DNA of 64,000 nt from an uncultured Spirochaetota bacterium. Its GTDB lineage: Bacteria; Spirochaetota; B62-G9; DRHN01. The notes beneath the pieces were generated by a model. It was not told the origin of the DNA. It saw only the letters and a program-made list of their open reading frames with translations, and ran no database searches. Positions within the stretch are counted from its first letter, which is position 1; every line of letters begins with the position of its first letter. A program made the position numbers and the translations under genes. This document shows, in pieces, positions 1 through 9,104 of the stretch. The stretch covers positions 1,271-65,270 of the forward strand of contig CAYWUT010000003.1 in the NCBI GenBank assembly GCA_964460545.1. Direction: 5' to 3'.

Positions 1-225
1 ACACAGGAGGGCGCGCTGGCCAAATTCGATGTGGGGCTCTCCTATGACAAGAAGGACATACAGGGTTTCAAGGATTTCTTCAAGTTGGAGGGCGGCCTCT
101 TCCGTCTGCAGGTCGGTTACAAAATCAGCAGTTTCGCAAAGATAATATTCATACAGCAGAGGACGTTTACACCGTCCGGAACCTCGACAAATCAGACGCT
201 CGTTGAGACTCAGTTCTCATTCTGA
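1..225 (+). CDS. 3' end of a gene entering from outside the window; likely outer-membrane beta-barrel protein (partial)
   Basis: Frame 1 is open from nt 1 and the ORF ends ...VETQFSF*. The alternating hydrophobic pattern and terminal Phe are typical of OMP barrel C-termini. Confidence 0.4.
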   Translation, partial: TQEGALAKFDVGLSYDKKDIQGFKDFFKLEGGLFRLQVGYKISSFAKIIFIQQRTFTPSGTSTNQTLVETQFSF

Positions 226-241
226 GGCAAGGGAGGATACC

Positions 242-2314
242 ATGAAGCGGTGCATTCCCATAGCGGTCATTCTATTTCTCCTCTCTTTCGGGTTTGCGTT
301 CGGGGCTGAGGAGCTTGTTCCAGAACCGGCTTATATTTCCTATATCGTGGGCGGTGTGGACGTGGACCTTACGCCTGACAATAATATGGAGGATTTCACC
401 GAGGCGAAGATGGATATGAGCCTGCCGCTCGGATCGCTCGTTCGCACGGGCAAGGACGCGCTCTGTGAGCTGACATTACTCGACGGCAGCATGATAAGGA
501 TATCATCCGGTTCGGTTTTCCAGATTGAAACGGTGAGCTACGATTCGCAGACCACGAAGAAGAAGGGAAGGTTCAAGCTCGTATTCGGACGCGCACGGTC
601 TAAGGTGGAGAAGCTCACGACAAAGGATTCCGGGTTTGAGGTGGTGTCGGGTACGGCACTGGCGGGTGTCCGGGGTACTTCTTACGGAGTCGCATTCGAC
701 GGCGTCACCTCACAGGTGCTCGTGTTCGACGGCTCGGTGAGCTTTGAAAGTCTCGAGGGTCTCTTCGACCCGGTGCGTATAGAAGAGGGAATGATGAGCT
801 CCGTCCGCGAGGGCGGGGTTCCTGACACGCCGAGGGCCATACCACCTGAAGTGCTGGATGAGTGGGAAGCGGAGCTCAGACGGTTCGCGGGTGAACAGGC
901 GCCCGCGGCGGCGGAGGCCGCACCCGTTCAGGAGCCGCCGAAGCCGAAAGAGCAGCCGAAACCGAAGCAGAAGGAGGGCTTTCTTGCAAAGCACCTGAAG
1001 ATGAACGCCTATGTGGGAACGGTCACGATCGACGATCTCGTTTATGCCCGGTGGATTATTACGCCGGAGTTTTCAATAAGCAAGCTCGGGGTAGGGTTGT
1101 ACCTGCCCGCCATATTCTCGCCCAATGTGGGAATATTCGGTTTCAATGACTGGGAGAACCACGACGAGTGGGATTTCGTGGATCTGCGGGACGGGCTGCA
1201 CGACGCCCTTATCAAGATCTACTACATACGGTGGGGAGAGCGGGGAGACCCCCTCTACGTGAAGGTGGGAAACATAGACGATTTTTATCTCGGGCACGGG
1301 TTCATCATGGACAACTACTCCAACATGCTCTACTTTCCCGAGGAGCTCAACACGGGCATGCAGTTCAATGTCGACGGCAACAGGGGCGGAATAGAAACTG
1401 TCGTTTCACGCTTCGACCGGCTGGAGCTCTATGGCGGGAGGATCTACCTCCGGCCGCTCGGTCGTCGAATACCCTTCGCTTTCGGCGTAACCGCGGTTCA
1501 TGACAAGCCGGAGCCCGTGAGCAATTACTGGCCTATAGGGCCGGGAGGCGAGCTGACCCAAAACGAGGATCAGCTCCCGCGCATCCTTACGGTGGGCGGG
1601 GACGTGGAGCTTCCGATTATCAATCTTGATGTATTCAGCCTGATGCTCTATGCGGACGCGGCCAAGATGGGGTATATGTACAAGGAGCTCCATCCCGCGC
1701 TCGTGCAGTACGAATTACCGGAAGGGGCAGTTGGTTTGATAAAGGGGCTCGGAACGGGTGCGGGCGTCATGGGAAAGATAGCGAGGATTTTCAGTTACCG
1801 GGTCGAGTACCGCTACATCTTCGACTATTACGAACCGGGGTACATCAACTATCTGTGGGAAAACAGGAGGCTCAGCTATCAGCAGGAGCTCCTCGATGTT
1901 ATTATAGCGCAGCAGGATCCCAATTACGAGAGCTCGACCACGTCCGGGATTCTTATTAAGGGAGGACTGGTGCTCCTGAAAAAGCTCGAGTTCGGCCTCG
2001 GATATGAGAATTACGAAGTAACAACCGGTGCTTCCACGGAGAAGGTGCACAAGGGAAATGCGTACGTCAACCTTTCGGAAGGCCTTATACCCAAGGTATC
2101 CGGGGATATCACCTACAACCGGGGTGCAAACTTCAACAAGGTGTTCAGCGACCCCTTCGACGAGAGCACGCTCGTTGAGATAAACGGGTACTACGCACTC
2201 GCTCCCATGGTGTCTCTGGCAGGAGGGCTTAAAAGAACGTACCGGTACAACGACGCGACGGGTGAAAACGACCCCATAGACTCGTTAAGTATTACAACGA
2301 TCTTCACGTTCTGA
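242..2314 (+). CDS. Secreted FecR-domain protein with a large C-terminal beta-rich domain (hypothetical)
   Basis: The ATG at 242 is preceded by GGGAGG. The product starts with a signal peptide (MKRCIPIAVILFLLSFGFAFGAEE). A FecR-like segment follows (GSVFQIETVSYD...FEVVSGTALAGVRGTSYGV), then a Pro/Lys-rich linker (EPPKPKEQPKPKQKE), then a ~450-aa domain ending TIFTF*. I take the later start inside the listed 203..2314 ORF. Confidence 0.6.
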   Translation: MKRCIPIAVILFLLSFGFAFGAEELVPEPAYISYIVGGVDVDLTPDNNMEDFTEAKMDMSLPLGSLVRTGKDALCELTLLDGSMIRISSGSVFQIETVSYDSQTTKKKGRFKLVFGRARSKVEKLTTKDSGFEVVSGTALAGVRGTSYGVAFDGVTSQVLVFDGSVSFESLEGLFDPVRIEEGMMSSVREGGVPDTPRAIPPEVLDEWEAELRRFAGEQAPAAAEAAPVQEPPKPKEQPKPKQKEGFLAKHLKMNAYVGTVTIDDLVYARWIITPEFSISKLGVGLYLPAIFSPNVGIFGFNDWENHDEWDFVDLRDGLHDALIKIYYIRWGERGDPLYVKVGNIDDFYLGHGFIMDNYSNMLYFPEELNTGMQFNVDGNRGGIETVVSRFDRLELYGGRIYLRPLGRRIPFAFGVTAVHDKPEPVSNYWPIGPGGELTQNEDQLPRILTVGGDVELPIINLDVFSLMLYADAAKMGYMYKELHPALVQYELPEGAVGLIKGLGTGAGVMGKIARIFSYRVEYRYIFDYYEPGYINYLWENRRLSYQQELLDVIIAQQDPNYESSTTSGILIKGGLVLLKKLEFGLGYENYEVTTGASTEKVHKGNAYVNLSEGLIPKVSGDITYNRGANFNKVFSDPFDESTLVEINGYYALAPMVSLAGGLKRTYRYNDATGENDPIDSLSITTIFTF

Positions 2315-2476
2315 TCATATCATGATCACGTTCTGCTGCCGTATGTATGATGTCTCACGCATGGTGAGGAGGGGCTGAGCAGGGCCGGGCCCGCCGGAAG
2401 AACAAGGGGGCCGTTCGGGCTCGTTATAGGCACCCGGTGTGAGGAAGTACGCCAGGGCCGCGGGTACCGAATCAAG

Positions 2477-2653
2477 AGCGCTGTTTACACGCAGGGGGAA
2501 AGCTCCTGCCTTTTATCCGTTCCCTCTTTATCGAAGTCCTGCTCCTTAAGTGCGTTGAGCAGGTTAACCATCATTCGCCTTTCTACGTCCAGATTTCTCT
2601 CACGGTTTTTCCTTATGAAAACGCCGATGTTTTCTCCCGTGTAAGTTACCATG
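2477..2653 (-). CDS. Small hypothetical protein (58 aa) below the ORF-track cutoff
   Basis: The ATG at 2651-2653 (minus strand) sits 7 nt after GGAGGA. It translates as MVTYTGENIGVFIRKNRERNLDVERRMMVNLLNALKEQDFDKEGTDKRQELSPCV*. I recognise no homology. Confidence 0.25.
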
Positions 2654-2827
2654 CTTGAATCCTCCGATAAGATATCACTCTTTAATGGTCCGTATTAATG
2701 GGAACGATTTATTTCCCGGGAGAAAGATAGTTAATATTTTAACAATATTCAAGCAAAATAGTTTTTATAAATTAAAAGTGAGAGGAATGGTGCGGTCGGC
2801 CCTTGAAAAAGAGTCGTAAATGAAGAC

Positions 2828-2856
2828 GGTCCCGCACGAACCATGCATGCGGGACC
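2828..2856 (-). terminator. Candidate intrinsic terminator downstream of glnA
   Basis: A 9-bp perfect stem (GGTCCCGCA / TGCGGGACC) with an 11-nt loop lies 30 nt after the glnA stop. On the minus strand it is followed by a weak U tract (GTCTTCATTTAC). Confidence 0.35.
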
Positions 2857-2886
2857 ATGCTCCGTCGTATCATAAACGAGTGAATA

Positions 2887-4221
2887 TCATAGTATGGGGA
2901 GATACGTCTCGAGCTCGTATTCACTCACGTGAACCCTGTAGTTGTCCCATTCGATTTTCTTGTTCTCGATGAACTTATCGAATATATGATCGCCCAGTGC
3001 TTCGCGTACGAGCGCGCTGTTCTCGGCCGCCTCGATTGCCTCGCCCAGGCTTCCCGGCAGGGAGGTGATTCCTCTCTGCTTGCGCTCGGCGGGTGTCATG
3101 TGGAATATGTCCTCCTCAACGGGTTCGGGAAGCTCGTAGTTCTCCTTTATGCCCTTGAGACCGGCTGCGAGCATGACCGAGAAAGCGAGGTAGGGGTTGC
3201 ATGCCGGGTCGGGACAGCGGAACTCAGCGCGTGTCGCCTTTTCCTTGCCGACTTTGTACATGGGAACACGCACGAGCGCCGACCTGTTTCTTCGCGCCCA
3301 CGATACATACACGGGAGCTTCATAGCCCGGTACGAGCCGCTTGTAGGAGTTGACCCACTGAGCCACCACGATGCATACCTCACGGGCATGCTTGAGCAGG
3401 CCGGCGATATAGGAACGGGCTATGGATGACAGGTGGTACGGATCGTCCGCTTCGTAGAAGGCGTTCTTGTTTCCCTTGAAGAGCGACTGATGGGTATGCA
3501 TGCCGCTTCCGTTCTTTCCGAAGAGCGGTTTCGGCATGAAAGAGGCATAAACGCCGCGGTTCATCGCGATTTCCTTCACCATGAGCCGATAGGTCATGGC
3601 CCTGTCCGCCATCTCGAGTGCTTCCGCGTACTGCAGGTCGATTTCATGCTGGCTTGGCGCGACCTCGTGATGACTGAACTCGACCTTGATCCCCATGTTT
3701 TCCAGGGCGAGAATCGTGTCGTTTCGCAGGTTGTTCGCAACATCCAGCGGCGTCAGGTCGAAGTACCCGCCCGCGTCGATGACTTCCGGCTTAGGACCAT
3801 TGTCCTTGAAATAGAAGAATTCTAGCTCAGGACCGACGTAGAGGGTGTAGCCCATATCCCTGGCCTTTTTCAAATTCTTCTTCAGCGCCCATCTCGGATC
3901 ACCCTTGTAGGCTTCACCCGTCGGTTCCATGATATCACAGAACATGCGGGCTTCGACCGCGTTGTTGTCCGCCCCGAGCGGGAGCAGGGTAAACGTGGCG
4001 GGATCCGGTTTTGCCATCATGTCGCTTTCCTCGATCCTGGCATAACCCTCAATCGAGGATCCGTCAAAGCCCATGCCTTCGGCAAGCGCGCCCTCGAGCT
4101 CTTCCACCGTGATGGCAAAGCTCTTCAGTATGCCGAGTACGTCGGTAAACCAGAGCCGGATGAATCTTACATCATTGTCTTTGACTGTTTTCAATACATT
4201 TTCGATGTCTTTGTCTGACAT
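2887..4221 (-). CDS. glnA: Glutamine synthetase type I
   Basis: The 444-aa product has the GS-I N-terminal beta-grasp and catalytic domain motifs (MSDKDIENVLK...VRFIRLWFTDVLG; ...NGSGMHTHQSL...). It is the last gene of the amtB-glnK-glnA array. Confidence 0.95.
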   Translation of the reverse strand: MSDKDIENVLKTVKDNDVRFIRLWFTDVLGILKSFAITVEELEGALAEGMGFDGSSIEGYARIEESDMMAKPDPATFTLLPLGADNNAVEARMFCDIMEPTGEAYKGDPRWALKKNLKKARDMGYTLYVGPELEFFYFKDNGPKPEVIDAGGYFDLTPLDVANNLRNDTILALENMGIKVEFSHHEVAPSQHEIDLQYAEALEMADRAMTYRLMVKEIAMNRGVYASFMPKPLFGKNGSGMHTHQSLFKGNKNAFYEADDPYHLSSIARSYIAGLLKHAREVCIVVAQWVNSYKRLVPGYEAPVYVSWARRNRSALVRVPMYKVGKEKATRAEFRCPDPACNPYLAFSVMLAAGLKGIKENYELPEPVEEDIFHMTPAERKQRGITSLPGSLGEAIEAAENSALVREALGDHIFDKFIENKKIEWDNYRVHVSEYELETYLPIL

Positions 4222-4267
4222 TAAATCCCCTCCTGTTACTGTTTAAATTTATTTTCATTCCGATCCA

Positions 4268-4609
4268 CTATCCGATAGCAACGGAGCCGGTCTCCCCGCT
4301 CCTGATGCGAATGCACTCACCCAGGTCGACGATGAATATTTTGCCGTCGCCGATATCACCGGTTCTCGCTCCGCGAATCACGGCGTCAACGGTGCGGGAA
4401 ACGAAACCCTCGTTCACGGCGATCTCGAGCCGTATCTTCTTGAGGAGATTGACCTCCATGTTAACACCCCTGTAGTGCTCCGTGAAACCCTTTTGCTGGC
4501 CGCATCCGAGAGCGTTGGTAACGGACATCTTGAATACCTCTTCCTTGTACAGCTCCTGCTTCACGTCATTCAGCTTGTGCGGCTGTATATAAGCTATTAC
4601 CAGCTTCAT
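4268..4609 (-). CDS. glnK: Nitrogen regulatory protein P-II
   Basis: The 113-aa product has the P-II fold signature ([13 protein letters not shown]...GDGKIFI...RIRSGE). It lies 24 nt downstream of amtB, which is the classic amtB-glnK pairing. Confidence 0.9.
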   Translation of the reverse strand: MKLVIAYIQPHKLNDVKQELYKEEVFKMSVTNALGCGQQKGFTEHYRGVNMEVNLLKKIRLEIAVNEGFVSRTVDAVIRGARTGDIGDGKIFIVDLGECIRIRSGETGSVAIG

Positions 4610-4633
4610 TTTTCGTCCTCCGGTTTATGTCGT

Positions 4634-6004
4634 TTACTGCGTGGTAAAAACCTGAAAACCGCTGTATGATTCGATTCCATGCTCGCCGATGTCCAGGCCG
4701 CGAAGTTCCTCTTCCCGGTCAACGCGAAGACCCATGGTAACCTTTATAAACCCGAAGAGCCCGAGGCTTGACGCGGTAACCCACACGAATACGGCTGCAA
4801 CACCAAGGGCCTGTACGCCGAGAAGACTCCATCCACCCCCGTAGAAGAGTCCGTTCAGAGCGCCGACTCCCGATGAGGCACCGTAGGGAGCGCTTGCAAA
4901 GAGCCCGACGCACAGCGTTCCAAATGCTCCGCACACGCCGTGTACGGAAACGGCGCCGACCGGATCGTCAATCTTGAGCACCTTGTCGATAAACTCCACG
5001 GATGCTACGACAAGCACCCCGGCCAGGAGGCCGATTATAACCGCTCCAAACGGGGATACAACGGCACATCCGGCGGTAATCGCCACGAGGCCCGCGAGCG
5101 CGCCGTTAAGCGCCATGGTCGGGTCCGGTTTATGGAATCTGATCAATGAATAGAACATTGCTGAAGCCGCTGCCGCGGCAGCGGAGAGGTTGGTGGTAAC
5201 GGCAATAGTCGCGATACTGAGGTTCGTGCCCGCTGTGGTGCTTCCCGCATTGAAACCGAACCATCCGAACCAGAGAATGAAAACGCCGAGTGCGGCGAGC
5301 GGTATGCTGTGTCCGGGAATCGCATTGACATCCTTTTTGCCGTTCAGCCCGATGTACTTGCCCATCCGCGGGCCGAGAAGGAGCGCTCCGACGAGTCCTG
5401 CCCATCCTCCGACGGAGTGGACCGCGGTCGAGCCTGCAAAGTCGACCATGCCGAGATTGCTCAGCCAACCGCCGCCCCATATCCAGTGTCCCGCGACAGG
5501 ATAGATGACGGCTGAAATAACGAAGCTGAAAATGAGATATGCCGAGAACTTCGTTCGTTCGGCCATGGCGCCGGAAACGATGGTGGCCGCTGTAGCCGCG
5601 AATACGACCTGGAACATCCAGAACGCGAGCTTCCACAGCCCCTCCTGTGTTGAGGGATCGCCTCCAATAAGGAAGAAACCCGATGTACCGAAAATACCGC
5701 CCAAGTCATTCCCGAACATGATGGCGAAACCGAATGCCCAGTACGCGATGGAACCGAATGAGAAGTCCATAAGGTTCTTCATCATGATATTACCGACGTT
5801 CTTCGCCCTTGTGAAACCGCCCTCTACCATTGCGAATCCGGCCTGCATAAAGAATACGAGAAAGGCGGACAGAAGGATCCAGACGGTGTCAATGGCGGTT
5901 GCATTTTGATCCGTATTTATATCATCAGCGTAAACGGATACGCAGACAAGCACGAAAAAGAGAAGAAACGGAATGAGCCTTATTTTACGTAAAAAACCTT
6001 TCAT
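4634..6004 (-). CDS. amtB: Ammonium transporter (Amt family)
   Basis: The 456-aa product has a signal peptide, then the Amt signature (DTVWILLSAFLVFFMQAGFAMVEGG...) and multiple TM helices. Confidence 0.95.
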   Translation of the reverse strand: MKGFLRKIRLIPFLLFFVLVCVSVYADDINTDQNATAIDTVWILLSAFLVFFMQAGFAMVEGGFTRAKNVGNIMMKNLMDFSFGSIAYWAFGFAIMFGNDLGGIFGTSGFFLIGGDPSTQEGLWKLAFWMFQVVFAATAATIVSGAMAERTKFSAYLIFSFVISAVIYPVAGHWIWGGGWLSNLGMVDFAGSTAVHSVGGWAGLVGALLLGPRMGKYIGLNGKKDVNAIPGHSIPLAALGVFILWFGWFGFNAGSTTAGTNLSIATIAVTTNLSAAAAAASAMFYSLIRFHKPDPTMALNGALAGLVAITAGCAVVSPFGAVIIGLLAGVLVVASVEFIDKVLKIDDPVGAVSVHGVCGAFGTLCVGLFASAPYGASSGVGALNGLFYGGGWSLLGVQALGVAAVFVWVTASSLGLFGFIKVTMGLRVDREEELRGLDIGEHGIESYSGFQVFTTQ

Positions 6005-6073
6005 TAAAAAACCTCCGGAAGATTGTTACGGCTTCACACGTGCACGTATAATTAACGTCTTATGAAATATTTA

Positions 6074-6089
6074 AGCAAGAGGCATGCCA
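6074..6089 (-). promoter_or_regulatory. Sigma-54 (-24/-12) promoter upstream of amtB-glnK-glnA
   Basis: The minus strand reads TGGCATGCCTCTTGCT, which matches TGGCAC-N5-TTGCW including the GG/GC spacing. It lies about 70 nt upstream of the amtB start codon and is adjacent to a divergent sigma-54 activator gene. Confidence 0.5.
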
Positions 6090-6176
6090 AATTAATAAAA
6101 AGATACTAATTATTTATATAGTAATAAATTAAACTATTAAATCAAAAAATCGGAGAATATTCGGGGAAGGTTATGG

Positions 6177-6222
6177 CTACATAAATGTAGGTTATCGCCT
6201 ATTCAAACTACAAAAATGTAGG
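6177..6222. promoter_or_regulatory. Two copies of a palindromic 15-mer (CTACAwAAATGTAGG): candidate activator binding sites (UAS)
   Basis: CTACATAAATGTAGG at 6177-6191 and CTACAAAAATGTAGG at 6208-6222. Each is a CTACA-N4-TGTAG dyad. They lie about 90-135 bp upstream of the sigma-54 promoter, in the divergent intergenic region. Confidence 0.35.
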
Positions 6223-6235
6223 AAATGGTTTTTAT

Positions 6236-7789
6236 CTAGCTGCGAAACCTTTTCGGATCGATTTCGTACCGTTTGACGCGAAGCCCCATAATGCGCTCCG
6301 TCAGTCCGAGCGTACGAGCAGCCAGTGCCATGTTTCCACGGGAAGATTTAAGAGCGTCCATGATCATTTCCCTTTCAACGCGTTCGATTTCATCTGAAAG
6401 GGTCCCCTTCATGGCAGTCCCGCTCGCTTCGGCCGTCTGGAGTGTGGGAGGAAGATGATGACCGTGTATAACATCGTCGTTGCTCATAAGAACGGCTCTC
6501 TCGATGCAATTCTCGAGCTCTCGAACATTGCCGGGCCAGTGATAGGCCATGAGCATGTCTATGGCCGGAGTGGATATCCTCCTTATATTTTTATGGTTTT
6601 CCCCGCTGTACATCTCAACGAAGTGGTCCGCGAGCAGGAGTATATCGGTTTTTCTCTCCCGCAGGGGAGGGAGGTGTATGGGAAAGACGCTGAGCCTGTA
6701 GAAGAGGTCCTCGCGAAACACATTCTCCGTAATAAGCTGCTCGAGATTCCGGTTGGTCGCCGTCACAATACGTACATCGACCTTGATCGTTTCAGTACCG
6801 CCGACCCGCTCGAATTCCCTCTCCTGCAGAACGCGAAGCAGCTTGATCTGGGTAGCGGGACTCAGGTCGCCGATTTCGTCAAGGAAGAGCGTACCTCTGT
6901 GCGCGAGCTCGAATCGTCCCTTGCGCGAGTTCACGGCGCCGGTAAACGCCCCTTTTTCATGACCGAAGAGCTCGCTTTCCATAACGGTTTCAGGAAGAGC
7001 GGCGCAGTTTACCTTTATAAAGGGCTTGCCGGATCGGCGGCTGTTGTAGTGAATGGCCTGGGCCACGAGCTCTTTTCCCGTACCGCTCTCGCCTCTTATG
7101 ATAATGGAGGCATCGCTTCTTGAAACCTGCTGTATGAGCTGGTACACCTCCTGCATGCTGCTGGATCTGCCGATTATATTCGCGGGATGATATCTGTCCT
7201 TTAATTCAGCCTGAAGGCGGATGTTTTCCTCGAGCAGTTTCATCCGCTCCTCCTGTGCCTGCTGCCGCAATCTCACCGCCTGCGATATCATGGATCCGAT
7301 GATCGAGAGGAGCCTGACCGCGTCCTTCAACTGCGACTCGTCCATCAGGGGCCTGTCCGCGCTCAGGGTTCCGATTACCTCCTTACCGAGCTTTATCGGA
7401 ACACAGAAGAAGGAGAGTTCTTTCAGGTCGTCGTTTTTGCGTGCTTTCGTCTTGTCGAGAAAACCCGGCTCGTCCGCGATGCGCGGAAGAACGACCGGAT
7501 TGCCGGACTGGACAACCTTTCCGATCATGCCTTCACCGAGCCGGTAGCGGCCCTTTTGCTTCTGAACTTCCGAAAGTCCCACCGCGGATTCTATTGAAAT
7601 TTCACCCGTTTTCCTGTTGAGCAGCGTTATCATGCCGCGGACGATGCCCTTGCGTTCGGATAGTTTTTTCAGCACGGGACCGAGGGAATCGCGGAGGTCC
7701 ATGCTCGAATCAAGAATCTTGCTTATCTCGAAGAGGAGAGAAAGCTCATTGATCTCCTCCTTTACCTTCGGTTCCATCGGTCCGGCCAC
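6236..7789 (-). CDS. Sigma-54-dependent transcriptional activator with an N-terminal GAF domain (NifA-like architecture)
   Basis: GAF region at the N-terminus. AAA+ sigma-54 interaction domain (GESGTGKELVAQAIH...GAFTGA...ESELFGHEKGAFTGA...DVRIVTATN). C-terminal Fis-type HTH (MALAARTLGLTERIMGLRVKRYEI). Confidence 0.9.
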   Translation of the reverse strand: MAGPMEPKVKEEINELSLLFEISKILDSSMDLRDSLGPVLKKLSERKGIVRGMITLLNRKTGEISIESAVGLSEVQKQKGRYRLGEGMIGKVVQSGNPVVLPRIADEPGFLDKTKARKNDDLKELSFFCVPIKLGKEVIGTLSADRPLMDESQLKDAVRLLSIIGSMISQAVRLRQQAQEERMKLLEENIRLQAELKDRYHPANIIGRSSSMQEVYQLIQQVSRSDASIIIRGESGTGKELVAQAIHYNSRRSGKPFIKVNCAALPETVMESELFGHEKGAFTGAVNSRKGRFELAHRGTLFLDEIGDLSPATQIKLLRVLQEREFERVGGTETIKVDVRIVTATNRNLEQLITENVFREDLFYRLSVFPIHLPPLRERKTDILLLADHFVEMYSGENHKNIRRISTPAIDMLMAYHWPGNVRELENCIERAVLMSNDDVIHGHHLPPTLQTAEASGTAMKGTLSDEIERVEREMIMDALKSSRGNMALAARTLGLTERIMGLRVKRYEIDPKRFRS

Positions 7790-8019
7790 GGTCCTCTCCG
7801 GTTATGGTATAATGTTCATTGCGCCGTTATGTCGGCTCTTGTTAGGAGCGGCACGTATACTCTTGATCTTTCGTTAAAGTCCGAATAGACGCGTGCCTCA
7901 TGGTTTTACCGTAATTTATCAATGATAAAGATAATGACGAAATATTAAACCGCTGGATCGATAAATTAAATTTCAGTATAAAATATCGGATACTCCACAC
8001 TCTGCTCGAAAACAGGAAA

Positions 8020-9063
8020 TCAGGACTTCATGAGCTGCTCGAGGCGTGAAGTAAAACCCTCGATCTCCTCCATCTCAGTGTCGAAGGAGGTCATGAGACG
8101 GACTATCGATTTTTGTCCGTCCCACACGTAGAAGAAATAGTCTTTCAGGAGCTTATCAACGGTTTCAGGCGGTATATGAACAAAAACGCCGTTTGCCTCC
8201 ACCGGGTACATAATCCTGCACCCCGGTATGGAATCGATCCTGGACGCAAGCATACGCGCCATGGCATTCGCGTGTTCAGCGTTTTTCACCCAAAGATCAT
8301 CCGTGAAAAATGCATCGAACTGGGCCGATATGAAGCGCATTTTTGACGCGAGCTGCATTCCCTGCTTGCGTATGTATTTGAACCCTTCCGCGAGGTTTCT
8401 GTTGAAAAAGACGACCGCCTCTCCAGCCATCATGCCGTTTTTCGTTCCCCCGAACGCGAGAATATCCAGCCCCGTATCCGCGGTGATCTGTTTCAGTCCG
8501 GTCGAAAGCGTTGCAGCCGCGTTGCAAAGCCGGGCGCCGTCCATATGCGTAACCAGACCGCGGTCGTGGGCATAACCGAAGAGAGTGCTCAGCTCATCGG
8601 GTGTATACACGGTGCCGAGCTCGGTCGCCTGGGTAACTGACACCACCCTTGGCTGGGAATGATGCTCGTTTCCGCGTACTTCCAGCAGGGGCTCGATATC
8701 AGCCGGTTTCAGCTTGCCGTCGCTCGTGTGAACGGGGATGAGCTTGCATCCCGCGAAGTGTTCAGGCGCGCCGCACTCGTCCACGTTCAAATGGGAGGTT
8801 TCCGCACAGATAACCGCTTCATAGGACTGAGCGGCTCCTCTCAATCCGAGGGTGTTCGCGGCAGTACCCGTGAACACAAAAAAAACTTCGATTTGGCCGC
8901 CGAACTGTTCCTTGAAGCGGTCCATGGCTCTTGACGTGAAGGGATCGTCGCCGTAGCCGACACAGTGCCCCGTGTTTACTTCGGCAACGGCGTGCATGAT
9001 ATCCGGATGTATGCCTGCGTTGTTGTCGCTTGCGAATCCGCGGGAAAGAACCATAAAATGCAT
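8020..9063 (-). CDS. PLP-dependent threonine aldolase / beta-eliminating lyase family protein
   Basis: The 347-aa product has an N-terminus of the form FASDNNAGIHPDIM...GYGDDPFT...FVFTGTAANTLG, typical of low-specificity threonine aldolase (PF01212). Confidence 0.7.
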   Translation of the reverse strand: MHFMVLSRGFASDNNAGIHPDIMHAVAEVNTGHCVGYGDDPFTSRAMDRFKEQFGGQIEVFFVFTGTAANTLGLRGAAQSYEAVICAETSHLNVDECGAPEHFAGCKLIPVHTSDGKLKPADIEPLLEVRGNEHHSQPRVVSVTQATELGTVYTPDELSTLFGYAHDRGLVTHMDGARLCNAAATLSTGLKQITADTGLDILAFGGTKNGMMAGEAVVFFNRNLAEGFKYIRKQGMQLASKMRFISAQFDAFFTDDLWVKNAEHANAMARMLASRIDSIPGCRIMYPVEANGVFVHIPPETVDKLLKDYFFYVWDGQKSIVRLMTSFDTEMEEIEGFTSRLEQLMKS

Positions 9064-9104
9064 CCTCCTTTGCGATTTTTTACGGTTGAAAATGATGAAC
9101 CCGG

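Noticed and set aside
6455-7123. Long plus-strand ORF (222 aa) antisense to the sigma-54 activator gene. The same applies to similar antisense ORFs: 28283-29362 opposite ftcD, 31147-31770 and 31680-32456 opposite the SSS transporter, 13600-14307 opposite pyk, 26524-27474 opposite hutH, 20284-20979 opposite rsmA, 52315-53109 opposite ychF.
   Set aside because: These are shadow ORFs, typical of high-GC DNA. Their translations are Arg/Pro/Ser-rich with no domain signatures, while the opposite-strand genes have clear family motifs.
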